Assembly (NCBI GenBank): GCA_963642885.1
Contig: CAVIJI010000010.1
Coordinates: 4,958-63,952 of the forward strand
Reading direction: 5' to 3'
DNA length: 58,995 bases
From: a bacterium
GTDB taxonomy: Bacteria > Bacillota > Clostridia > Oscillospirales > CAG-272
Below, one piece after another: positions 30,782-39,502 of this stretch. The notes under the pieces are model-generated. The model saw nothing but the letters and a program-made list of their open reading frames with translations, did no database searches and was not told where the DNA came from. The position numbers and the translations under genes are program-made. Positions within the stretch are counted from its first letter, which is position 1, and every line of letters begins with the position of its first letter.

Positions 30782-31347
30782 ATCTGAGTAAAGCCGTTCG
30801 CAGAAGTTTTACCATAGTGGTAATATTGGTTTTATCACTCGCGGTTGGCTATGTATATTCGGCAATCGGGCATCGTTCCGATTTGAACAGCCACCCACGG
30901 AAATATACCGAATATGTTGAAAAGTACGCATCGGAATACGGCGTTCCCGAATATATAGTATATGCGGTTATCTTGGAGGAAAGCGGATTTACAAGCAATC
31001 TCGCATCGGATGACGGCAGGGTAGGCTTAATGCAGATTTCGTCCGACGCGTTTTACGACATATCGGATTTGCTCGGTGAGAACAGCGAGATCGGAATACT
31101 TTACGATCCCGAAACCAACATACGTTACGGTACATATTATCTTTCCCATTTATATACCGAATACGGTCGGTGGAAGAATGTTTACGCGGCGTATCTGGCA
31201 GATATCGGGCAATACGAAGCATGGATCGCATCCGGAAAATATACGGATGACAACGGAAACCTTAATGTTGTTCCGGATGAGAGTGTAGCGGATAAAATAG
31301 AGAATATAGAGGCCGCCGCGGAGCTGTATAAAGAGCTGTATTATTAA
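30778..31347 (+). CDS. membrane-anchored lytic transglycosylase (SLT domain)
   Basis: 189 aa. N-terminal TM helix. Catalytic-Glu block AVILEESGF and GLMQIS. Confidence 0.8.
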   Translation: MNLSKAVRRSFTIVVILVLSLAVGYVYSAIGHRSDLNSHPRKYTEYVEKYASEYGVPEYIVYAVILEESGFTSNLASDDGRVGLMQISSDAFYDISDLLGENSEIGILYDPETNIRYGTYYLSHLYTEYGRWKNVYAAYLADIGQYEAWIASGKYTDDNGNLNVVPDESVADKIENIEAAAELYKELYY

Positions 31348-31397
31348 AGCGCTTTTAAATAGTTAATTTGTTCAATCAGAAGAAAGGATATAATAAA

Positions 31398-32810
31398 ATG
31401 AGTGAAAAGACAAAAGGACAGACACTGAAAGAAGAACTTTTCTATAAAAAGAAGAACGTTTTCGAGGTTAAAACACCCGAAGAACTCAATGCCGCAAAAG
31501 AGTACGGCAAGAAGTACGCCGCATGGCTTGACAATGTAAAGACAGAACGCGAAGCGGTTAAGACGTCTATAGCAATGCTTGAAAAAGAAGGCTACAGAGA
31601 ATATAAACTCGGCGATAAGGTTGCCGCAGGAGACAAGCTTTACCTTAATAACCGCGGAAAAGGCCTGTTTGCCTTCAGAATCGGTACCGAAAGCATTGAT
31701 AACGGTGTGAGAATCTGTGCGGCTCACATAGACTCCCCCAGACTTGATTTGAAACAGCATCCTCTTTTCGAGAATGACGGTGTAGCATACTTTAAGACAC
31801 ATTATTACGGCGGAATAAGAAAGTATCAGTGGGCGACAATACCGCTTGCTATTCACGGTGTTGTTACAAAAGCAGACGGCACCACAGTTGACGTGAAAAT
31901 CGGCGACGAAGCAGGTGATCCCGTATTCTGCATAACCGATCTTCTTCCGCATCTCGCAAAGGATCAGAACTCTCGCACACTCGGTCAGGCATTCACGGGT
32001 GAAGGACTTAACGTAATGCTTTGCACATCTCCTTACATCGAGGATGACGGTAAAGTTACTTCCGCAGATGAAAAAGTTAAGCTGAATATTATGATAATGC
32101 TGAACGAGAAGTACGGTATTACCGAAGCGGACTTTATGAGTGCGGAGCTTTGCATAGTTCCCGCACAGAATACGGTTGATATCGGCATGGACAGATGGCT
32201 TATCGGTTCGTACGGACATGACGACAGAGTATGCGCATATCCCGCACTTACCGCATTGATAGAGAGCGCGGATTCCGCACACACATGCATGGCTGTTCTC
32301 GCGGACAAAGAGGAAACCGGAAGCGACGGTATAAGCGGTATGCAGTGCTGCCTGCTGTTCGATATTATCGATGAGCTCGCTAAGAATCTCGGCGGAAACA
32401 CAAATGTTGTTCGTATGAATTCTAAGTGCCTCTCTGCTGACGTAACGGCTTGTTATGACCCGAATTATCCCGAAGTTTACGAAAGACGCAATTCCTCACT
32501 TCTTCACTGCGGTGTAGGTCTTTCAAAATATACTGGTTCCGGCGGAAAAGGCGGTACAAATGACGCGTCTGCTGAACTTGTAGGTTATGTTCGTAAAATA
32601 TTCGATGAGGCAGGTGTCGTTTGGCAGACCGCTGAACTCGGTAAGGTTGACCAGGGCGGCGGAGGAACAGTTGCAAAATACATTGCCAACCACAACATAG
32701 AAACCGTTGATATCGGTGTACCGGTTCTTTCAATGCATGCTCCGTTTGAACTAATTTCGAAAGCGGATTTGTATGAAGCTCACCGTGCGTTCAGCGCATT
32801 TTGCAAATAA
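31398..32810 (+). CDS. M18 family aminopeptidase
   Basis: Start at the ATG at 31398 (MSEKTKGQ). AAHIDSPRLDLK, GHDDRVCAY, DKEETGSDG and SMHAPFE metal-ligand blocks. Confidence 0.8.
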   Translation: MSEKTKGQTLKEELFYKKKNVFEVKTPEELNAAKEYGKKYAAWLDNVKTEREAVKTSIAMLEKEGYREYKLGDKVAAGDKLYLNNRGKGLFAFRIGTESIDNGVRICAAHIDSPRLDLKQHPLFENDGVAYFKTHYYGGIRKYQWATIPLAIHGVVTKADGTTVDVKIGDEAGDPVFCITDLLPHLAKDQNSRTLGQAFTGEGLNVMLCTSPYIEDDGKVTSADEKVKLNIMIMLNEKYGITEADFMSAELCIVPAQNTVDIGMDRWLIGSYGHDDRVCAYPALTALIESADSAHTCMAVLADKEETGSDGISGMQCCLLFDIIDELAKNLGGNTNVVRMNSKCLSADVTACYDPNYPEVYERRNSSLLHCGVGLSKYTGSGGKGGTNDASAELVGYVRKIFDEAGVVWQTAELGKVDQGGGGTVAKYIANHNIETVDIGVPVLSMHAPFELISKADLYEAHRAFSAFCK

Positions 32811-32959
32811 TCAATAAGGGCATCACCGACGGGGCATTCTGCTGTTTACGGATAATCTATGCTGACCTTCGGAAGACCTTAGATTTCGTTGACAGCATCT
32901 GACTCAAAACTCACTGCCCGACTTACCGCATTATTGTGTGGTAGCCGCAAAAAGATATT

Positions 32960-32998
32960 CCGGTGTATCTTGTAATATACACCGGATTATACTTTTTT
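32960..32998 (+). terminator. terminator-like hairpin before prfA
   Basis: Stem CCGGTGTAT / ATACACCGG (9 bp). T6 follows after a 7-nt gap. Confidence 0.55.
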
Positions 32999-33026
32999 AT
33001 AAATCATATTATTTACGGATGTTTTT

Positions 33027-34097
33027 ATGCTTGATAAACTAAAAGAAGCCGAAGGCAGATTCGAAAATATAGAATCCGAGCTTTCAAAAAGCGAAACAAT
33101 GCAGGATATGGAACGCTATACCGCGCTTATGAAGGAAAGAGCGAACCTTGCTCCTATCATTGAGAAATACAGAGAATATAAAAAAGCCGTATCCGACTCC
33201 GAAGAGGCGCTCATGCTGCTTGAGACGGAAAGTGACCCGGAATTACGTGAAATGGCGGATGAAGAGCTTAAAAAAGCTAAATCCGACATATCCAGATTCG
33301 AGGAGGAGCTGAAGATATTGCTCCTTCCCAAGGATCCGATGGATGAGAAAAACGTCATGATCGAAATAAGAGCGGGTGCGGGCGGAGACGAAGCCGCACT
33401 GTTTGCCGGTGTTCTCTATCGTATGTACACAATGTATGCCGATATAATGAGGTATAAGACCGAAACCGTGAGTATGAATGAAACGGGACTCGGAGGCTTT
33501 CGGGAAATTACATTTATGATTACGGGAAACGGGGCATATTCGCGTTTTAAGTACGAAAGCGGTGTACATCGTGTTCAGAGAGTACCCGAGACCGAATCTT
33601 CCGGAAGAATACATACGTCCACAGCTACGGTAGCTGTACTTCCCGAAGCGGAAGATGTCGAAGTAGAGATAAACCAGAACGATCTTGAAATCGAAACAAT
33701 TAAATCAAGCGGTGCGGGCGGCCAGCACGTTAATAAAACCGAATCGGCTATTCGTCTTCTTCATAAACCGACAGGCATCGTTATCGAATGCCAGGATGAG
33801 CGAAGCCAATTTAAAAACCGTGATAAGGCGATGAAGCTGCTCAGAGCGAAGCTGTACGATATGAAAACGCGTGAGCAGAACGAAAAAATAGCAAGCGAAA
33901 GACGTTCACAAGTCGGAACCGGAGACAGAAGCGAAAGAATCCGTACGTATAACTATCCGCAGGGCCGTGTAACGGACCACAGAATAGGATATACGATTTA
34001 TTCTCTGGAAAGTTTTCTGAACGGCAATATCGACAATATGATTGATGCACTCGCTACGGCGGACACCGCGGCTAAATTGCAAAACGGAGACTTTTAA
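33027..34097 (+). CDS. prfA: peptide chain release factor 1
   Basis: 356 aa. GGQ motif ([14 protein letters not shown]) and a PxT-type region. Confidence 0.95.
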   Translation: MLDKLKEAEGRFENIESELSKSETMQDMERYTALMKERANLAPIIEKYREYKKAVSDSEEALMLLETESDPELREMADEELKKAKSDISRFEEELKILLLPKDPMDEKNVMIEIRAGAGGDEAALFAGVLYRMYTMYADIMRYKTETVSMNETGLGGFREITFMITGNGAYSRFKYESGVHRVQRVPETESSGRIHTSTATVAVLPEAEDVEVEINQNDLEIETIKSSGAGGQHVNKTESAIRLLHKPTGIVIECQDERSQFKNRDKAMKLLRAKLYDMKTREQNEKIASERRSQVGTGDRSERIRTYNYPQGRVTDHRIGYTIYSLESFLNGNIDNMIDALATADTAAKLQNGDF

Positions 34098-34103
34098 TTT
34101 GCT

Positions 34104-35156
34104 ATGAAAACAGAATTTTTAAAAACAACAGGTACCGATGAGGACATTGAAGTAATAAATAAAGCGGCGGAGGTCATAAAATCGGGCGGTATCGTCGCGA
34201 TTCCCACCGAAACAGTATACGGCCTCGCCGGAAGTGCGCTTATAGAAAGCTCCGCGGAAAAAATATTCGCCGCAAAAGGAAGACCCGCCGACAACCCGCT
34301 GATAGTTCACATTGCTTATCCGGATGAGGCGGAGAGAATAGCATATCCGACGGAGATGTATTACAAGCTCGCGGAGAAGTTTATGCCCGGTCCTTTGACC
34401 GTGATTTTAAAAAAACGCGATATAATTCCGAATACGGTGACTGCGGGACTTGATACCGTAGGTATACGCTGTCCTTCTAATCCCATTGCACATAAGCTTA
34501 TCGAGGTATCCGGTCATCCTATCGCGGCACCGAGTGCTAATCGTTCCGGTATACCGTCCCCTACCAACGCACATCATGTGTTTGAGGATATGGACGGCAG
34601 AATCGACATGATAATAGACGGCGGCGACTGTGAATTCGGACTTGAATCTACTGTAATTAAGCTCGACGGAAACGGTTGTGTTGTATTGCGCCCCGGAGCT
34701 ATTACAACCGATATGCTTGCCGAAGTATGCGATAAGGTTGTTGTATCACCGGCGGTTGTCGAGCCGTCTCTTGCGAATAACATCAAACCCGAATCACCCG
34801 GAATGAAATATAAGCACTACGCACCGAAAGCGGATGTGAACCTTATTGATGCGGATGATGAAGCCTTTATAAGCTATGTACATGAAAATGCACACGGCAA
34901 GTACGGACTTCTCGTAACCAATGAGGATTCGGGCTATTTCAGCGGAGGTGTAATGCTTCTTTTGGGCCCGAAGGGCGATGCCAAAGAGGCATCAAGACGT
35001 CTTTTCAATCTTCTCAGACGTGCGGATGAATTGAATCTCGACGTTATTTATGCGAAGCTTCCCCCGTCAACAGGTGAATATCTCGCGTTCTATAATAGAA
35101 TAATCAGAGCGGCGGGATGTAAGATAATCAAACTCAAAAAAAATAAAACATATTGA
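34104..35156 (+). CDS. L-threonylcarbamoyladenylate synthase (Sua5/YwlC type)
   Basis: 350 aa. PTETVYGLAG, KGRPADNPLIVH and SANRSG blocks plus a C-terminal Sua5 domain. Confidence 0.9.
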   Translation: MKTEFLKTTGTDEDIEVINKAAEVIKSGGIVAIPTETVYGLAGSALIESSAEKIFAAKGRPADNPLIVHIAYPDEAERIAYPTEMYYKLAEKFMPGPLTVILKKRDIIPNTVTAGLDTVGIRCPSNPIAHKLIEVSGHPIAAPSANRSGIPSPTNAHHVFEDMDGRIDMIIDGGDCEFGLESTVIKLDGNGCVVLRPGAITTDMLAEVCDKVVVSPAVVEPSLANNIKPESPGMKYKHYAPKADVNLIDADDEAFISYVHENAHGKYGLLVTNEDSGYFSGGVMLLLGPKGDAKEASRRLFNLLRRADELNLDVIYAKLPPSTGEYLAFYNRIIRAAGCKIIKLKKNKTY

Positions 35157-35168
35157 AAAGGTAGAATT

Positions 35169-36452
35169 ATGTCATTTGTAACCGAAAAGATGAACGGCTT
35201 TGTTGCGGATATTCAAGACAAGCTCGTGAAAAAAGGCAGACCTCAAATCGCCGAAATGTTCAAGGCGACATACCTCAACACTATTGAAACAACGGTAAAG
35301 ATGGATGAACACGGTGCTTTTGTTATTACGGGTGACATACCCGCAATGTGGCTCCGTGACTCGTCGGCTCAGGTAAGACATTATCTGCCGCTCACAAAAG
35401 ATGATGCGGATATCAGAAACCTTGTCGCAAGCTTGATAAAGAGACAGGCTTATTGCATCACATGTGATCCTTACGCCAATGCGTTTAACCGTACGGGTGA
35501 AAAGATAACTCAGTGGGGACTCGTCGATAAAACAGAGTACAACAACCCCATGGCATGGGAAAGAAAGTACGAAGTAGACTCCTTGTGCTATCCCGTAAAC
35601 CTTGCATACCATTTTTGGAAGGCATCGGAATCAACCGAGCACTTTGACGAAAGCTTTAAGGCGGCGTGTGAAAAGATACTCGATGTTTTCGAAACCGAAC
35701 AGCATCATGCCGAAAAATCAAAGTATCGTTTCGAGAGAACAAACTGCCCTCCGACGGATACGCTTTGCAATGAAGGAAAAGGTTCTCCCGTCGCATATAC
35801 GGGTATGACATGGTCGGGCTTCAGACCGAGTGACGACTGCTGTACATATCATTATCTCATTCCTTCCGAGATGTTTGCGTCTGTTATTTTAGGTTATATG
35901 ACCGAATTCGCCGATAAAGTGTATAAGGATAATGCGCTTTCCGCACGTGCGGCAAAATTAAAGGCGGATATTGACAACGGTATCGCCAAGTACGCAATCT
36001 ACGATCACCCCGAATTCGGTAAAATATATGCGTATGAGACCGATGGTTTAGGCAATTACAATCTTATGGATGATGCAAATGTGCCGAGCCTTCTTTCTCT
36101 CCCGTACCTCGGATACTGCGGAAATGATGATGAAATCTATAAAAACACAAGAAAGTTCATTCTTTCTCCCGCAAATCCGTATTATTATGAGGGAAAAGCC
36201 GCAAAGGGAATAGGCAGTCCTCACACACCTAAGGATTACATATGGCATGTTTCGCTTGCAATGCAAGGTCTTACATCCGATAATGACGATGAGATAAACT
36301 ACCTCCTCGATCTTTTCGAGACAACAACGGCGGGAACGGGTCTCATGCACGAAGGATTCAACGTAGACAATCCCGATGAGTTTACACGTTCATGGTTTGC
36401 TTGGGCAAATTCGATTTTTGCGGAATTTGTAATTCACGCAGCAGAGAGATAA
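35169..36452 (+). CDS. GH125-like (DUF1237) metal-independent exo-alpha-1,6-mannosidase family protein
   Basis: 427 aa. GDIPAMWLRDS motif, C-terminal WFAWANS. No signal peptide. Confidence 0.75.
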   Translation: MSFVTEKMNGFVADIQDKLVKKGRPQIAEMFKATYLNTIETTVKMDEHGAFVITGDIPAMWLRDSSAQVRHYLPLTKDDADIRNLVASLIKRQAYCITCDPYANAFNRTGEKITQWGLVDKTEYNNPMAWERKYEVDSLCYPVNLAYHFWKASESTEHFDESFKAACEKILDVFETEQHHAEKSKYRFERTNCPPTDTLCNEGKGSPVAYTGMTWSGFRPSDDCCTYHYLIPSEMFASVILGYMTEFADKVYKDNALSARAAKLKADIDNGIAKYAIYDHPEFGKIYAYETDGLGNYNLMDDANVPSLLSLPYLGYCGNDDEIYKNTRKFILSPANPYYYEGKAAKGIGSPHTPKDYIWHVSLAMQGLTSDNDDEINYLLDLFETTTAGTGLMHEGFNVDNPDEFTRSWFAWANSIFAEFVIHAAER

Positions 36453-36626
36453 ACGAACGCCGAATAATGAAAAGCCATAGAATTCAGACTTTCGATTGAA
36501 AGATACGAATTGTTCGGCAGATCCATAAATTATTCGCAAGCAGTTATAGAAAAACTATGACTGCTTGATTTGTATGGAACGCCGATAAATGCGAAAAAAA
36601 TACAAATAACGAGAGAATAACTGAAA

Positions 36627-38846
36627 ATGCCAAGAAAAAAGAACAAAAACGAGGAAGTAACCGGTAAGACTCAAGCTGTAATCAGCGAACAGCCTATTGT
36701 AGATACAATAGAACGCAATTATATGCCATACGCAATGAGCGTCATTGTTTCCAGAGCCATACCGGAAATAGACGGATTCAAGCCCTCTCACAGAAAACTG
36801 CTGTACACCATGTATAAGCTCGGACTTATGACAGGAAACAGAATGAAGAGCGCAACGGTAGCGGGAAGAACAATGGCACTGAATCCCCATGGCGATGCCG
36901 GTATATACGATACTCTCGTAAGACTTACAAGAGATAATGAATCACTTCTTCATCCGTTCATAGACTCTAAAGGTTCATTCGGCAAGCATTACAGCGGAGA
37001 CGCTGCTGCGGCACCGAGATATACAGAGGTAAAGCTCGAACCTTTTTGTGCCGAAATATTCGGCGGTATAGATAAAAATGCGGTAGATATGGTGCCAAAC
37101 TACGATAACACAATGGTTGAACCCGCACTTTTACCGACATCATTTCCCAATATATTGGTTTCACCGAATATGGGAATTGCCGTCGGACTTCAATCGCAGA
37201 TTTGTTCTTTCAATTTAGCCGAAATCTGTGACGGAACAATAGCTTTACTGAAAAACCCGAAAACAACGACGGATAAGCTGCTTGACATAATCAAGGCTCC
37301 CGATTTTTCGACTGGCGGAGACCTTATTTATGACAGAGAACAGCTGAAAAAGATATACGAGACAGGCGACGGCAGTTTTAAGGTTCGCTCGAAATACAGA
37401 TATGATTCCAAGAACAGCCTTATTGAAATAACCGAAATACCGTATTCGACCTCGATAGATGTTATTCTGAAAAGATTAACCGATTTGTTGAAGGACGGTA
37501 AATTCCGTGAAATTGCCGATGTCCGAGACGAGATTGACCTTTCCGGTTTTAAGCTGACAATAGATGTTAAAAAAGGTACCGATCCCGATGCTTTGATGGC
37601 TAAACTGTTTCGTACTACCACGTTGGAGGATAGTTTCCCGTGCAATTTCAACGTGCTGATTAACGGCTCACCTGTACAATTAGGTGTTCGCGGCATACTC
37701 GAAGAATGGATTAAGTTCAGAATGAGCTGCGTTAAACGTGAATTGACATTCGAACTTGACAGAAAAAAAGAAAAGCTTCATCTGTTGAAAGGCTTGGGAA
37801 AAATCCTTGTCGATATCGATAAGGCTATCAGAATTGTTCGCGAAACCGAGAAAGAATCGGATGTCGTTCCGCGTCTGATGGAAGGCTTTTCGATTGACGA
37901 GGTTCAAGCCGACTATATCGCGGAAATTAAGCTGCGTCACTTAAACCGTGAATACATTATCGAAAGAATACGCGAATTGGATAGTCTGCAGAAGGAAATC
38001 GCAGAGCTTGAAGGTATTATATCCGATGATGTAAAAGTAAAAGATGTTATAGCAAAACAGCTCGGTGCCGTAAAGAAAAAGTACGGAATACCGCGCAAGA
38101 CTTCTATAGTGGAAGTCGATGAAGATGCGGAAGTGTATGACGAATCCGAAACGGAAAACTACGACGTCTTTCTTGTTCTTACAAAGGAAGGCTATTTCAA
38201 GAAAATTACCCGTCAGTCCATAATGCGCGCAAACGAGCAGAAAATGAAGGACGGAGACGAAATTTTGAATTGCGAAAATTCCGACAACATTTCCGAATTA
38301 ATATTTTTTACAGACAAAGCTCAGGCATATAAATGTAAAACAGCCGATCTCGATGTTGTAAAAGCGTCCGCACTCGGAGAATTTATCGCTGCAAAGCTTG
38401 GTTTTGAAGAAGATGAAAAGCCCGTAATGATGAAAGCATTTAACAGTTATTCTGCGGACGATAACTTTATCTTTATCTTTAAGAACGGCAAGGGCGTAAA
38501 GATACCTGTTACCGCATATGAAACAAAAACCAACAGACGTAAGCTTACGGGTGCATATTCCGATGCGTCACCTATTGCCGCGGTTATTTACGAACACGAG
38601 CCTGTCGACATATTTATCGGCAACACAGCCGAAAAGGGCATATTGATTAACTCCGACTTAATCCCGAGAAAAACAACACGCTCATCAGCGGGAGTCACTT
38701 TATTCAATATGAAGAGCGGTGTCGAAGTCGCTTATGTCGAGTACGGAGAGCAAATCGATAAAGAAAAAGCATCAAAATGCAGAAAAAATAAAATTCCCGC
38801 GACAGGAGTTGCGGTGAAGAAAAACGAGCAGATATCAATGGAATAA
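36627..38846 (+). CDS. type IIA DNA topoisomerase subunit A (divergent GyrA/ParC-like)
   Basis: 739 aa. MPYAMSVIVSRAIPEIDGFKPSHRKLLY, NPHGDAGIYDTLVRL and the catalytic-Tyr context AAAPRYTEVKL. Confidence 0.85.
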   Translation: MPRKKNKNEEVTGKTQAVISEQPIVDTIERNYMPYAMSVIVSRAIPEIDGFKPSHRKLLYTMYKLGLMTGNRMKSATVAGRTMALNPHGDAGIYDTLVRLTRDNESLLHPFIDSKGSFGKHYSGDAAAAPRYTEVKLEPFCAEIFGGIDKNAVDMVPNYDNTMVEPALLPTSFPNILVSPNMGIAVGLQSQICSFNLAEICDGTIALLKNPKTTTDKLLDIIKAPDFSTGGDLIYDREQLKKIYETGDGSFKVRSKYRYDSKNSLIEITEIPYSTSIDVILKRLTDLLKDGKFREIADVRDEIDLSGFKLTIDVKKGTDPDALMAKLFRTTTLEDSFPCNFNVLINGSPVQLGVRGILEEWIKFRMSCVKRELTFELDRKKEKLHLLKGLGKILVDIDKAIRIVRETEKESDVVPRLMEGFSIDEVQADYIAEIKLRHLNREYIIERIRELDSLQKEIAELEGIISDDVKVKDVIAKQLGAVKKKYGIPRKTSIVEVDEDAEVYDESETENYDVFLVLTKEGYFKKITRQSIMRANEQKMKDGDEILNCENSDNISELIFFTDKAQAYKCKTADLDVVKASALGEFIAAKLGFEEDEKPVMMKAFNSYSADDNFIFIFKNGKGVKIPVTAYETKTNRRKLTGAYSDASPIAAVIYEHEPVDIFIGNTAEKGILINSDLIPRKTTRSSAGVTLFNMKSGVEVAYVEYGEQIDKEKASKCRKNKIPATGVAVKKNEQISME

Positions 38847-38912
38847 AATATAAATTCACGGCAGAGGAAATGTAAATTTTCATTCATGTCGTAGGTGAGT
38901 TTATTATATCTA

Positions 38913-38941
38913 TTGATATTATATTCATTTCAGTGTATAAT
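38913..38941 (+). promoter_or_regulatory. promoter of the 38972 / SpoIID-like gene pair
   Basis: TTGATA (38913-38918), 17-nt spacer ending in TG, TATAAT (38936-38941). Confidence 0.6.
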
Positions 38942-38971
38942 ACGAATATGAAAAACGAAAGGGCTATTGTT

Positions 38972-39502
38972 ATGAAAAGAAAAAACATATTTATCATCAC
39001 ATCTATAGCCGCTCTTGTTGTCGGTTTGGCAATGACTGTAGCCGCAGCTTACGACAGCTCATCCGATCCGCTGATAACCCTGAGCTATCTGCGTGATGTA
39101 TTTAAATCGGAGCTTATGACCGAAATTGATGAAAAGCTTGCCGATTATTCTTCGAATAATTACGATGCTCCCGAGGAAACAGGCGTTGAAACCGAGTCGC
39201 AAAGCACGTCGGATAATGCTGTGTCGCAAAACTATGAAGTAATAGAACTGACAAACGGAGATGCACTGTATGCGGTATCCGCATGTGAAATTATATTGCG
39301 TTCCGGAAGTGCCGTCTGCACCGCACCCGATGCAAATCAGGGCATAGCGGACATGACAGATGCTTCTGAAATATACAATGGATATTCTCTCGGTAAAAAT
39401 CACCTTTGCCTTATCCCTCGCGGCGACGGCAGAGGAGTGGTGGCAACATCGGAATCTGTGTATATCATGGTAAGAGGTGACTATACAATTGTTGAAAATT
39501 AA
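38972..39502 (+). CDS. hypothetical membrane-anchored protein
   Basis: Start moved to the ATG at 38972 (MKRKNIFIITS...), after an AAAGGG RBS. The ORF-track start lies inside the promoter. One TM helix followed by a soluble domain. Confidence 0.6.
   Translation: MKRKNIFIITSIAALVVGLAMTVAAAYDSSSDPLITLSYLRDVFKSELMTEIDEKLADYSSNNYDAPEETGVETESQSTSDNAVSQNYEVIELTNGDALYAVSACEIILRSGSAVCTAPDANQGIADMTDASEIYNGYSLGKNHLCLIPRGDGRGVVATSESVYIMVRGDYTIVEN

Noticed and set aside
31344-32282. 312-aa antisense ORF inside the M18 aminopeptidase gene. Similar cases at 14851-15687, 20978-21613 and 26745-27359.
   Set aside because: Their sequences are Cys/Phe/Arg-rich nonsense-like strings with no start context. The sense-strand genes carry clear family motifs.
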